A program made the translations under genes and the position numbers. The notes beneath the pieces are model-generated. The model ran no database searches. It was not told the DNA's origin and worked only from the letters and a program-made list of their open reading frames with translations. This document shows, piece after piece, positions 27,525 to 40,300 of a DNA stretch of 64,000 bases (its first letter is position 1; every line of letters begins with the position of its first letter). Origin of the DNA: Octopus vulgaris (lineage: Eukaryota); assembly GCA_951406725.2 (NCBI GenBank), contig OX597818.1, forward strand, positions 66,898,001-66,962,000, given 5' to 3'.

Positions 27525-29733
27525 TTGAACTTGTGGATGCAGATATTTTCCTGTTTAAATACGATATCCATGTTTTTGAAAGTGTCTGTGCGAGTGGAAG
27601 TTTGATAGTCTTCACTGATGTAGGGAAAGTTCGAAAACATTTCAGTTTGTTTGTATATCTGTTTTCTTCTTTCTTCAATAATTATTTATAATTTTGGCAG
27701 AATACAAGCAATTTGAGGAGACAGAGGGAAAGTAGATCAGGAAACCCCACTGCGTAACTCATAATTACTTTATCGGAGAATTTGAACTCGAAATGTAAAC
27801 AAATTGGAAGAATTCCTCCAAGAGCATTGCCAGGTGCTTTGACAATTCTAACTCCTCGTTGCCTTCATTTTCTACCCAAAATAAATGACAAAATGCTTAG
27901 CGTGGCATTTCATCCGCCTTAACCTTCTGCTGCGGTGAACAATCCAATTAATCCTTTCGATGCCGATAAAATAAATAGCAGTTTAGTACTCGGGCTAATC
28001 TAATCGACGAGGATCCCTTTGAAATTGCTGGCTTTGTGTCAAAATTTGAAATCAGCCATAACCCTAATTAAAGTATCGATGGTTTTCTACGTCTCTTCTC
28101 GTTTCCGCCTTCAAAGCAGGACAATTTGATGTCGTTGCAACGGTTTATCTATTTGACGTAAGTCAGCGAAACATTGAATATAATCATTCTTCGCATGGTT
28201 AGTAGGTATATTTCTTTTAAAAATACAATATCGTATTTTAAATGTTATTTGAAGGATATATCGCTGTTATTTCAGCAACGCAAAGTGCCATGGAAGTGCT
28301 ATCTTTGGTCATATGAGAAGTAAATAGTGGGATATGTGTTTCTAGTGGAATAGTTTACTTAAATATGTCTCGTTACATTCGACATTGTGATTCCGACATT
28401 TTCCTTAGGATTTCACACCCGTTGTTTTTGTTGTATTTTCTTTACTCATTTTATTTCTTCTCTTTTGTGGAATGATGTTCTATGTATTCCTGGAAATTTG
28501 TAAGATGCTTTCAAATGGAAGATCATATTAGTAAAAATATGGAGGTTTCTATTACCAGGTGGCGTGCAATATTGCAATTACCGTAGGAGTTGCATGTTGA
28601 TATAGATGTGACTTGTTTGGATAATGGAAAGGAATTTTGTAAAGAAGCGTATATTATTTTAAAAATTGTACTTTTAGTGGTTCCCATCATATATTTATTA
28701 ATGTCAGTCTCTAAGTATTTTTAACAGATATAACTCTGTGACGTGTATGAGCGATTTACTCCGTTCAGGTTACCTTTTGGGAGTTATTTTTATATTTTAT
28801 TGTGTCGAACATAAGTCGTGTTTAATATTCTGTTGCCATTGACGTTTTCGTATTGTTGGCGTCGTCTGTATCGATGTTGATAAATCTTTAGTCATGTATT
28901 CAGAGTTAGGATTTGTTTTCAAAACATCATAAATTTTGTTGTTGCTGCGTTGTATGATCTAATTTCGTCGTTTTGGTTCCTGTCCCTCCACGAAATTGCG
29001 TAGTATATCAACTTATATTGTTTTAAAGAAGAAATGTTGGAATATATAATGGCGTATCCAGTGACATATTCAAAGGGAAATATGCACAGAACATGCACTG
29101 AATATATAAAAAAATGTATGCAGACCTCATTTATGCATATATTGAAATTCAAAAGAAAATAGTAGGAGCAGAAACTTGAAGTAGGAAATAATGCAATATG
29201 ATTCTTCTTAAACAATGGTAACCGAAGATAGTCTATAGCAATGTGGAAAATGAAAGATAGCGCAAACTATAAATTACTAATCCAGAAATGTATAAAACGT
29301 TCACACTTCAAACATAGAAATAAATTCATATTCATGAAACTGAACCAAATCTATACAGGAGAGATCTCCGCCGACATAACACTCTGCTGTAGACGCTAAC
29401 AACAGGGAAATGTCAAAAGAAGCAGTTTTATAATATTTTCAATGATGTATACGTGAGAAGTAGTACAGTGATACGTCGTAACGGAATAGCATTAAAAGTC
29501 TTTCTTCTGTAAAGTAAATATCACCATACTTTGCATAATGCTACATCGTTACATCATTCGTGTAAAAGTAGAAATAGTTCTAGTAAGAAGAGAAAAAAAC
29601 AGAATATTTATACTGAAGTTTTACTTGCTGCAGGTCAGTCATCTGAAGGGAATCATATAGAAAGTGGCATAGTTATAATTGCACAGTACATTTCAAACCA
29701 CACAGACACACGCACACACACTCTCGCACACAC

Positions 29734-29781
<48 letters not shown>

Positions 29782-30197
29782 CAGAAGAGAATTCAAGTAG
29801 GTTCAACTATTTATATATATTCAGCCATAAACCGATGTGTGTCAGTTACTAAAATATATTAATGTGTCAATCATTAACATATCTAAAAATATTAAATATT
29901 TATAAATGTATAAATATGTAAAAATATAATACACATATATGGGTAGAAAATGAAACTGAAGTGTAAAATTGTCCATGTATCAATTTATATAGAAATATCT
30001 TGAATTACTCTCCTATTAACAGATTAAAAGCGTTGTTAAATATGTTAATGATTATAAGTATAAGACTTTTATAATAAATATAATTAATGATTATAAATAT
30101 AATGCGAAAAGGTGAATGAATAATGTTTGAAACATAGAGGTTTGGTTTCCAAAGAACAGGTGTAGTTAATCCAGTTTAAATAAATAAGTAGTGGTGT

Positions 30198-30283
30198 TCC
30201 GACAACCGTTTCAGGGGGACACTAATCCACAGATTTGAGGGTCTTTCCATCAAAGTATTTGACACTGCCTCCTTCATTAGGGA
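30198..30283 (-). ncRNA. Hammerhead-like motif with extended stem II (degenerate)
   Basis: Minus: tcc-CTAATGA-aggaggcagtg...tagtgtccccct-GAAAC-GGTT-GTC-gga. Stem I tcc/gga, GUC triplet; G5 mutated. Confidence 0.5.
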
Positions 30284-30659
30284 GACTACTGTATGAAATA
30301 TTAATCTTAAACATTGTATTCTCTCAGATGAAATTTATTCAAATTTTGAAAAAAAGGAAATAATAGTAATTGAAAATTGCTGCAATGTTTCATTCCCTCC
30401 CAGACTGGTAAACAACAACATGACAGCTTGAAGTCAGGATCGTTAGCGAGACACAAAGTTATGTATGATGAGGCCCAGGTTGCAAAATGGATGCAGCACG
30501 ACATGTTTAACGTGGTCCTACACATAACGAACTGTAGCAAGATAGGTCGAAACGAACGTTGTACAAATTAACGATTAATACCAAATCCATCTTCTCATTA
30601 TTATTACTATTGTTATTATTATTAATATTGTTATTATTATGATTATTATTATTATTATG

Positions 30660-30736
<77 letters not shown>

Positions 30737-31026
30737 CATTATTATTGTTATTATTGTTATTATTATTATTATCATCTCAACTAACACTGGTTGAATTCCT
30801 GAAGTAGATCCAACGGAAATATCCCACGACCGTGCGTGACACCAGGCAGCCCAAAGTGTGCCAGTGCTCTATTCAACACTTCAACAGACTAATTGATATG
30901 GGTCTTTAGTGCAAAATGGTATATATATATATATATATATATAATAATAAATATTAGGGAATAAATCCAAATTTACAGGGAAAAAAAATCAGATTTAGGA
31001 TTAAATCCAATTTTATAGTAAAATAT

Positions 31027-31225
31027 TATAAAATATTATTAGAGACAAAACCACTATTTTGCAAAACAAACAAGGAAAGACTTAATCAATACATAAAATT
31101 TTAATAAATAGTCAAAAAAACCGGCACTACAATCGTTTCTTGTCTTGATCGACAATCTTCAGGTATTGATTAAGTCTTTCCTTGTTTGTTTTGCAAAATA
31201 GTGGTTTTGTCTCTAATAATATTTT

Positions 31226-31228
<3 letters not shown>
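31027..31228. mobile_element. Foldback element with perfect 66-bp inverted arms between (TA)n tracts
   Basis: 31027-31092 is the exact reverse complement of 31163-31228. A diverged single arm (attagagacaaaaccactatt) occurs at ~37029. Confidence 0.9.
31125..31165 (-). ncRNA. Minimal type I hammerhead motif with intact core
   Basis: Minus: tac-CTGAAGA-ttgtc-gatcaa-gacaa-GAAAC-GATT-GTA-gtg. Perfect 5-bp stem II, GUA triplet, 3-bp stem I. Confidence 0.75.
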
Positions 31229-31279
<51 letters not shown>

Positions 31280-31534
31280 CAAATTAATAAATAAAACATA
31301 TGCATATATACATACATATATGTACGTACCTACATCTATATGAATATATACATGCATATATGGGTACAGGACACCAACAAAAAATACGTCGAACACAATG
31401 AGAAACGAAGACAAAACGCAAAACCAAGGAAATGGACATTTTTCTTGAACAACGAAAAAATAGAGAACAAGACATACAGCACAAGAAAATTTCCCCTTCT
31501 TCAGCCGCATCTCTTTCATCTACTCCGCGTTTCG

Positions 31535-31717
<183 letters not shown>

Positions 31718-33660
31718 GTGTGTGTGTTTGTATACACCTATATTGTGAGTAGGTGAATATAAATGCTCTTGTACTTAAGCATTCACTGTCGTATACAGAG
31801 GTGTAGGTTATAAAGTAGAATGGTATTAGAAAGATAACTCACGCAATTTCTTCAACATTTGTAACATTGGCAGGATTGATTTTTGTTTATTGCTATTTGT
31901 CTTGTAATTACGCATGATTAAATTCATTACACTGAATTAGATAGGTGAAGATCTGACACGAATATGTTTTCCATTTTAGCACATTTAAATGGACTGAAAT
32001 TAAATTATGGCCTTTTTCAAAGCATACTGAACAGGTTATAAAGTAGAATGGTATTAGAAATGTTAGATATGTTGACTCCTAAAATGATCGCTACGTTACG
32101 TCAAAGGTTAACATTTATTTGACCACTATTTCCATATATATCTGTGCCAGTTATAGCTCTCCCCAAATCAAATTATTGATATTAACTGTATGACATTTTG
32201 GACTATTTTAGAAACGACAAAATGCAATATATTCCATTTATATTTTAGGTAAGGGAATAACATTTTAAAAAGATCTTCTTGCGCCAGTGGAGTCATAAAA
32301 CTGGTTAAAAGTTTTCCACGATGGATAAGCAAGATATCAAAACGTTTCGCCTTGAGTGTGACAGCGATCTGTTGCAGGGTTCAATTCCAGCCGGTTTGTG
32401 AGGGAAGGGTAGAATATGATATCATCCACCCTTGTACGTTATTTTATCTATTCCAAAACCAGAAGGCAAAGTGGACATCTATGTGATCTGAATTCAAACG
32501 GTAACAATGCTGCATTGCCTTTTGTCCGACCCCCTTACGCCTCTACTATCTCATTGTGTAGTGTCTTGAATTCTAACATAAACTAGATATATGGATATTT
32601 AAAAGAATCATGCATTATTTTGCATCAGTTAAATTTGTTTGGGACATACTTTTACATTTTAATCCTCTATAATTGTTTCGATCACTAACTGAAGCAGCAA
32701 TAAATTTATAAATATAGGTAACTGAAAACAATAGAAATCAGATTAAAGCGTAATTCAAGAATGGTTCTTTAAAGGAAAGATAATATTTGGAACAGTTGTG
32801 AGTGCTGTATATGTTTCAAGCTGCATAAATTAATGCTAAAATGAAAACGTCTACGCCTCTAGTTTCAGCAAATAATTATTGGGCTAAACTCATTTGTTAC
32901 ATATATATATGATCACGAATGTCGGTTTAATTAGGTTTTCGGTTTGTGCAGATACGTCAGCACACATTTAGTTCTTGCGAAATCAAATTCCCGATGAGCT
33001 GATTTTCTGCTTGTTTGGAATCCTTGAACGTAGGTAGATATATCACATGACTCTCTGAATCCTGCACGTTTACACTCTTAATGAAATTACATAAGACTAT
33101 GTTATATTATCTGCGAATAATGCCATACAATTTTAATATACTATTATATGATAAATCTATTGTATAATTAAATTTATAAATTCTAAATGTTGACATATAG
33201 TAATTGTAAAATGTATTTATTTGAATCTCATTCATAACAATATTACAAATTTTAATTTACATGGCTTCTTGATTCAAATGCAGAAGATGATTTTTATATT
33301 TATTGTTGATAATAAATTGAATTACCTGTAATTGGATGAGGTTATTAATTATACAAACTATCTTAATGTCAATATTTTTACAGCTATGCTTTTCATTTCG
33401 TGTTTGCCAGCATAAATCTAGTAAAGACTGTGAGCATGGAATCAGGTAACATACTCTTGAAAACAATCCGTTTCTATTACTGTTCTCAACCGGTTGCTCT
33501 TAGCGTGCTATATTTATTCGATTGGCAACAAATCTTATAGAAGCAGCAATAGTGAGGTAGGTGCCGAATAGGTTGAATCAGCATTGTTCGAACCTTGTAT
33601 GCGTACTTCGGCTTTGAATCGTAGAAATGCATTCCACCATCTATTTCGTTTCAGACTTAC

Positions 33661-33758
33661 CTGATTTTGTTTTTGTAGGGCGGATTCGGAGTTTTACGGA
33701 TCCTGGCATTATCTTGATTCGAAAATATTCGGTGGCTCGAAACTTTTTACTCTATCCA
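33661..33758 (-). other. Putative exon, possibly 5'UTR plus start codon (MPGSVKLRIRPTKTKS, phase 1)
   Basis: Acceptor ttctgtctgcatttcag| and consensus donor CAG|gtaagt; internal ATG open to the donor. No recognised homology. Confidence 0.45.
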
Positions 33759-34725
33759 CTGAAATGCAGACAGAATTCGTTAATTTCAATTTTAATTTTA
33801 TTGAGTACGAACACTTTTCCTTTCAGTCACAGAGTTATTATCCTTGTTCTTGCTCAAGATATTTTTGACCACAAGATATAATGAGCATTGTAGTAGACTT
33901 TGTAATACTGTCAAGTGCAAAGATATTCCTTATTCACTGTAATGTCTATATTTCTTGCGTTAAAGAAAATGCTGAAAATATATTTCATTAAATATTTGGA
34001 CGGATGCAGGCTTTGTTTCTTTGTAAATGAGATGATGCGTTTAACACAATATTTGAATTCAACGGTGAAAGTGAATTTTCATTATTCTGCTTTGATAAAT
34101 ACATCCTAGATGCCAAATGACATTTAGGGAGTCAATAATGGCATGGATTTGCTTAATTATGAGTTATATATTATTTTTTATTATTATTTCTGTGAGTGTA
34201 GTGATAAATGAAGTAGAATGTCTAAATAAAGAAGATATTTGTAAGATATTTGTGAGAACCGAACGACAAATGTGTTGAAGGTCTGTTACGAGATTGCATT
34301 CCGCTTTTACAAATATTTAGCGTGAATTTATGCGTCCAATATTAAATTAAATTTGAAGTGGAAATTATTGGCGAATCATGAAATAAGTATTCCGCAAAAT
34401 ATGTAGTTTCGATGAATTTAAAATGATAAAGGACATATAGAAATTTACCTATTAATGAGGTTTTGTGGAAAAAGACAAAACATTACCTCCAAACTTAAAC
34501 ATAAACCTACACACCTGCAAGAACCAGGCATTTCGAAATCCGAAAAATTATATGAATGTGTCTTGCGCAGAGAATGAGAGAAAGGAAAGATAAAGGATGT
34601 AAAATAGAATTACATTATTTAATTCTTATTTGAATATCCCTTTTGTAGTTTGAAAATGTTTGATCTGAAATATTAAATTAATTTGCCAAATATTCAAAAA
34701 TTTAATTTTGTATTACAATACTCAC

Positions 34726-34811
34726 CTTACATTTTCCGATGAGATTTCGAATGTCGCAGTGTGTTTCCAGTTTGAAAATTAGAATCAAAGCTAACGGTTG
34801 TTGAGTTGTGT
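34726..34811 (-). other. Putative non-coding (5'UTR) exon
   Basis: Acceptor caaatttcttttctag| and donor AAG|gtgagta; same strand as, and ~1 kb upstream of, the 33661-33758 candidate. Confidence 0.4.
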
Positions 34812-35859
34812 CTAGAAAAGAAATTTGAGAAAAACTATGATACGTTTTACACATGAAGTATTAAATCAATATAGAAGTCTAAAACTTCAACATTTTGTGC
34901 AGTCTGAACACCATATTTTAGCATTTGGTAGAGCTGTATATACTAAGTGAACGTAAGATCAGATTAATTTATTCCCTATGGAATATCAACACAATTTTAC
35001 AAAAGCAATGGAAAGCTATGTAATATCAAATTTAGCTTCAAGCAAGATCTAAAATGGCCACAATGTTTATCTTGCTGTAGAAGTATGTTCTTCTATAATG
35101 TTAATGATGTACATGATTCAAGAATTTCCTATCATGCGCCTTCAATACGTCTTGGAGCTATTGTTGCAGCAAATATGTATTTGGACAGACAAGAATTTGA
35201 AGCTAACCTTTGGCCTTCTCATTCGAGCGAAATAGAATAACTTTGGATTATTCGTGTATGTATGTGTTTTATATATATATATATATGGATGTATATGCAT
35301 GTATTTGCGTATATATATGTTTATGAATATCCATCTACATAATATTGTATATATACGTGTGAGTGGGTAACTTATAAATATGCATGCATCTGTGTTTACT
35401 TTCTAAGAGTTTAGAAACTCAGAAATAAATAAGTAGATTTTAAATGTTAAATGTTGAGTATGAAGCGCAAAATGTTTTAATACAAGTAGGTATGATATAG
35501 GAGTAAAAACATTTTGATGAGAAAAACAAAATTTTGTTTCGTGATTGGAACTCATATCCTATGTTGATATCACATATATCATATTTCGAATTTCAATGTA
35601 AATAAAAATATATCTCTTATCACTTAATATATCCATTGTAAATAGAGAACAATTTTCGCAGGTAAGAATTAAGCTTGTAAAATATTGATAAGTTCGAAGT
35701 GCTGCTTCGGTATAAACGTGAAGTGCCTCTTAAACTTTTAGAGTATGAGGGGATGTGTTGTGTATCCATCCCTCAATAATTTTCCACCTCATTAGCTTTA
35801 AGTTATAATATATAGCTTTATAAGCTTTGAGCTCCACATTTAAGGGCATTATTTTACAC

Positions 35860-35911
<52 letters not shown>

Positions 35912-36819
35912 CATACGTATAAGCGGGGTTACCACTAAGTGGACATCCATTATGGTAGATGTAGACCCCAAATGGTCTGACTACTAAACTAAGAACATAT
36001 ATTTCTCAAGAAAATTCAGCAAACGCCAGAATGTAAGCGAGCAACAGAAATGAAAAGACACGAAATATAAAGATTAGTCACATACCCGGTTTCATTGTTA
36101 CCGCTTACGTAATATTGCGAGCGAATACTTTGGATTATTCGTGTATTCGCTCTCATAAAACATGGATGAATGATAAGAGCTCAAATAGATATGAACCGGA
36201 AGTGACCCACCAATATAAAGGAGCCGGAACTGAGCACCAACATTGCCCTTCTCCTAAGCAAATCTGAGGCGTCTGGCGTAGGGCGCCTGTTCAACATTCC
36301 CCTGACACCCAAAGAAAAAATCATAAAATATGCAAAGCTCTGACTCAGAAGTAAGGATAATCTAAATAGTAACCTCTCACTGTATGTTACAGAACCCTTA
36401 AGCAAACAATATTGGAGCGAATAAAATGTTTGTCTCAAACATTATTATCAGGCTAAGTGCTGCACGCAAAGAAGAACTGCGACTACAAATATACAGCATG
36501 CTTTGAAACTTAACCCTCATACTTGCAACATATGCGGGCTCTTTTCAGATCATTAGCTGGACGCGAACATTACATTCGACATTACCATTATAACTTAGAA
36601 AGAAAGCGTTGTTTGACGGATCCTCATACGTAAACACTATGTGGAAATAGATGCAAAAATACAAACACACACACACACACACTTACACATACATGTATAT
36701 ACCGAATATATGTGTTTGCGTGTGTATGTATGCATTCTTTTATTTCATTATACGCTTCAGCTCTAAAGCTTTGGCCATTCAGGTGCGCAGCCAGCTTTAT
36801 ATATATATATAAATGATAG

Positions 36820-36997
36820 TTCGCTAGCCTCTAAGCCTTTTTTTACTTTCTCTCCCTGTTTATTTCTGTGTTTCTTTCTGTCGAAGAGCGTAGGCTCGAA
36901 ACGTAAAAGACTTTCTCACTTCCCGAGCGTTAAACAAATGCACCTATTTGTTGTTTACACACCCGTATTCGACTTTTGCTTTCTGTAAATTCTCACT
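36820..36997 (+). mobile_element. Short TA-flanked element with hammerhead-like motif (CUGU-core family)
   Basis: 36873-36910: tcttt-CTGTCGA-a-gagc-gtag-gctc-GAAAC-GTA-aaaga. Perfect 5-bp stem I and 4-bp stem II. Confidence 0.75.
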
Positions 36998-37109
36998 ATA
37001 TATATATATATATATTATATTATATTAAATTAGAGACAAAACCACTATTAGGCAAATCAAACAATGAAAAACTTAAGCCAGTACATAAGATTATTTAATT
37101 TATATATAT

Positions 37110-37270
37110 GTGGCTAGAATTAAAAAAACAGGAGGACAGGTAGTGTACAAAACAAATTGATGTATTAGTATAACGCTCGGTAATTGAAAACAGTTTATAA
37201 TATTTCGAGCCTACGTTCTTGCACAGTGAGGAACAAAGAAAGAAACAAGGAGAGAAAAAAATGTAAAATG
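37110..37270 (-). mobile_element. Third, more decayed copy of the CUGU-core element
   Basis: Minus: CTGTGCA-agaac-gtag-gctc-GAAAT-ATT; flanks colinear with 15840-16000. Confidence 0.65.
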
Positions 37271-37278
37271 TATGTATG

Positions 37279-37352
<74 letters not shown>

Positions 37353-37390
37353 GAAAGAAGGTTTGAAAATGCAATTTAAAAGATGTTTAT

Positions 37391-37435
37391 TTACTTTACC
37401 GGTTTCACTCTTTGGGAAAAGATTGTCAAAAGTAA
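37391..37435 (-). ncRNA. Minimal hammerhead motif with U3-A8 variant core
   Basis: Minus: ttactt-TTGACAA-tcttttcccaaagagt-GAAAC-CG-GTA-aagtaa. 6-bp stem I, palindromic stem III ACCGGT. Confidence 0.7.
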
Positions 37436-37903
37436 CATGTAGAAGTTTGGTTGCGCTAATTATTGGTTGTTGCAAATTGCTACATTACATGTATATATAC
37501 AGTCTTTGCTAACAGGGACATGTTAAGGACATAAAAAAGTACAACAGTATGATGAGAATATTTGAAAAATATTGTTTGTTTACTGACTTGTCCGTTTTAG
37601 CAGCTGCTAAAACGGACAGGTCAGTAAACAACCTCGCCACTACATTAATGTAAATCTTAATGTAAATTTTTTTGAATTCATAATATTCTGTACTGAACTT
37701 TTTTTGATAATTCCTCCTGGCAATTACCCTGAGATGTATAATATATTTGTTTTAATCTTTTCTGCCCATATTTTCAAAATTTCTCATCATACTGTTGTAC
37801 TTTTTTATGTCCTTAACATGTCCCTGTTACCAAAGACTGTATATATACATGTAATGTGGCAATGTGAAACAACCAATAATTAACGCAACCAAACTTCCAT
37901 ATG

Positions 37904-37948
37904 TTACTTTTGACAAACTGTTTCCAAAGAGTGAAACCGGTTAAGTAA
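37904..37948 (+). ncRNA. Minimal hammerhead motif with U3-A8 variant core
   Basis: ttactt-TTGACAA-actgtttccaaagagt-GAAAC-CG-GTT-aagtaa. Confidence 0.7.
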
Positions 37949-38028
37949 ATAAACATCTTTTAAATTGCATTTTCAAACCTTCTTTCGTATATAATTCCAC
38001 TCGTGCGATACCCCACAACTCAACTTTG

Positions 38029-38064
<36 letters not shown>

Positions 38065-38459
38065 AAAGAGAAAGAAAGAAAGAAAGAGAGCAAGATACAG
38101 AGACTTATAAATAAATAGATAGATTTGTTTGTACTTTATCCGAACACATACGTGTTTGAATGTGTGTGCGTGTTTGGGAGTGTGAGTGTTGTCCGTGCTC
38201 TCAGAAATCTCTAAAAGCTGCAGTCTCGGCGTCAGTTACATTTTTAAAAAATGGTTTCATAACGTACTTCCACAACTACTTATTGAAATATTCTCAATTA
38301 CTGCTTGATTCAGAGGCAATATTGCGAGTGATAATAAATTGGTTTCTCACACAAGGAAACCTATTAAATATCTAGTAGGCAATATGATATCACCACAGTC
38401 ATTAACTGTATTGTATGCTTATACCAATTCGGGACAATTTGAAGCAGTCAATAGTTCGT

Positions 38460-38700
38460 TGCAATAGTGTAGATATTAAGTTCCTTAAAGCGTTTGTTTT
38501 GAAATAGTTTAGATAATATTTATATAAAGTATCTCGTGCGTCTCTTGAATATATTTCTGGAAACATTGTACAACTTCACAATGGCGTCGCCGGTTTAAAT
38601 CTATAAACTTGCACTTGATATGACGGACATGAGAGAAGCAATTATTTGTAAAGGCAACAAGAACCGAAGATCTTTCAGACTTTATTGTTTACAGAGAAAC
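38460..38700 (+). mobile_element. Highly decayed hAT transposase fragment (GTF2IRD2/SPIN-like)
   Basis: Broken peptides VSRASLEYISGNIVQLHNGVAG / YKLALDMTDMREA resemble the hAT segment TVARRIEDISxNI..YSLALDESTD; recognised by eye only. Confidence 0.35.
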
Positions 38701-39379
38701 ATATTCAAGAGATGTTCTTCTGTAAAGCAAATACAATGTCCATACGAAATTTTATGTTAATGTTGAAATCCATGGAACTTGTAACAATGTAATTCTGCCG
38801 TATGATAAATACAATTATATTACAAGTGTAGTTACGAAAGGAAATAATACTGGCTGGACTCCTCAGATACTTATCATTATAATAAATGTTTACAGAATTT
38901 GTTGCATGTTATATGCACAGACTACGTAAATCAATTTGTTATTGCTGTTTTTCTAAAACCTGGGGCTAACAGACTACGTGCAGAGATGAGATTATCAAAA
39001 TATGATTAATATACGAAATACAATAGAAAAACGTGATCAATATATGATATGATATACAAAAACATTATCTTTGTGGAATATAGAGAGAGAAGTAACCGGA
39101 AGCTTCATTCATGTATGGAATTCACTTGGAAAGCTTGAAATGTTTTCTAAGTGTGAGTTAGTTACTAGATAGAAGCTAAATAATAACTGTTGAATACCAC
39201 TGTTTTGTGAATGAATCATAACAATATATATTTCTAATCTTTCATTACAAGTTATAACCAGGCAACTAAAATTTCTTGCATAATTTATTTTTCAAATTTT
39301 GGAAAACACATTTCGACATCATATTTAAAATATTTTAAATGGTTCCCGTTTTCAACTGTAAGTATCTACTCAAGAAATT

Positions 39380-40300
39380 TAAACGAAAACTGCGCTAGAA
39401 TATATGCCACAAACATAGCCGATATGTAACTGGTCAATGTGATCCTTAAAGTTAAAATATAAGGTGACACTGTCAAGCAGCTGCGTGTAATGCGTCACAA
39501 TCCTAAATGCATTTCAATAAACAAAAACTATGAAAGGGAACGCAAAACTCGAACAATATGATTGATCACTCATGGAAATAATGGGAGAGGTTCATACGTT
39601 TCGTTTCTCTGCAATTTCCATTCGGTAAATATTTGATGAGAGATGTATTCTCTTTACTGAATATAAAATAAAATTAAATATATTTCTTTACTACCCACAA
39701 GGGGCTAAACACAAAACCTAAAATGCTGCCTGGATGAATGTTTATAGTTCAAGATATTTTATGGGAGAACCTCTTGCAAAACTGATTTTGAGAGAGTTCC
39801 AACTGCAAACTCTACTCAAAAGAAATAGCAATCCATTTTCTTTGGAGGCTAAACATGTTTGTCACTCATAGCCGAAGTAATCTGACTCATGTTGTCTTTC
39901 CGAAGAAAACACTTCTTAGAATTTTTCTCGTTTGCTAAGGAATTATCATTTCACTTGTTACCAAACCACATTGCAAATTTGATGTTCATTTACACAACAT
40001 TTCTGGGTAACAGCAAGGAATGGAGGATTATTTAAATGAGAGCAACACAATTGTTTTGTACAATCACCTTTACTGTCCGAGCATGCCTGACTTATCAGTT
40101 AATGTCGAACGCCAGTTGTCTTTTTAAGGACGGATCGGCTACTGTCTGAGTCCGTGTAGAAGATCGTCATTCCATTGCCATGTAGGTCAGGCATATCTTG
40201 TCTGCTTGGTGGCCTTTGTGAAAATGGAAAACTTTGAAAGATACTTGCCACTTCGGCCATATTTACATCCGCAATTTCAAGTTCAACTTCCAAAGGAAAG
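39380..40300 (-). mobile_element. Highly decayed hAT transposase fragment
   Basis: Ordered broken motifs on minus: FQSFPFSQRPPSRQDM, ESDYF..LASKENGL (cf. WLSKGNCL), AFP..NAFRIVT (cf. AFPSSYLVERGFS), LRITLTS (cf. LRLxLT). Confidence 0.35.

Larger units (their letters stand above)
37351..37988. mobile_element. Foldback element with ~220-bp arms, a hammerhead motif in each arm and an internal palindrome
   Basis: 37351-~37572 is a close reverse complement of ~37768-37988; lies between (TA)n tracts. Confidence 0.88.

Noticed and set aside
28100-29250. Possible Penelope RT/EN remnant on minus
   Set aside because: Could not recover diagnostic motifs with confidence.
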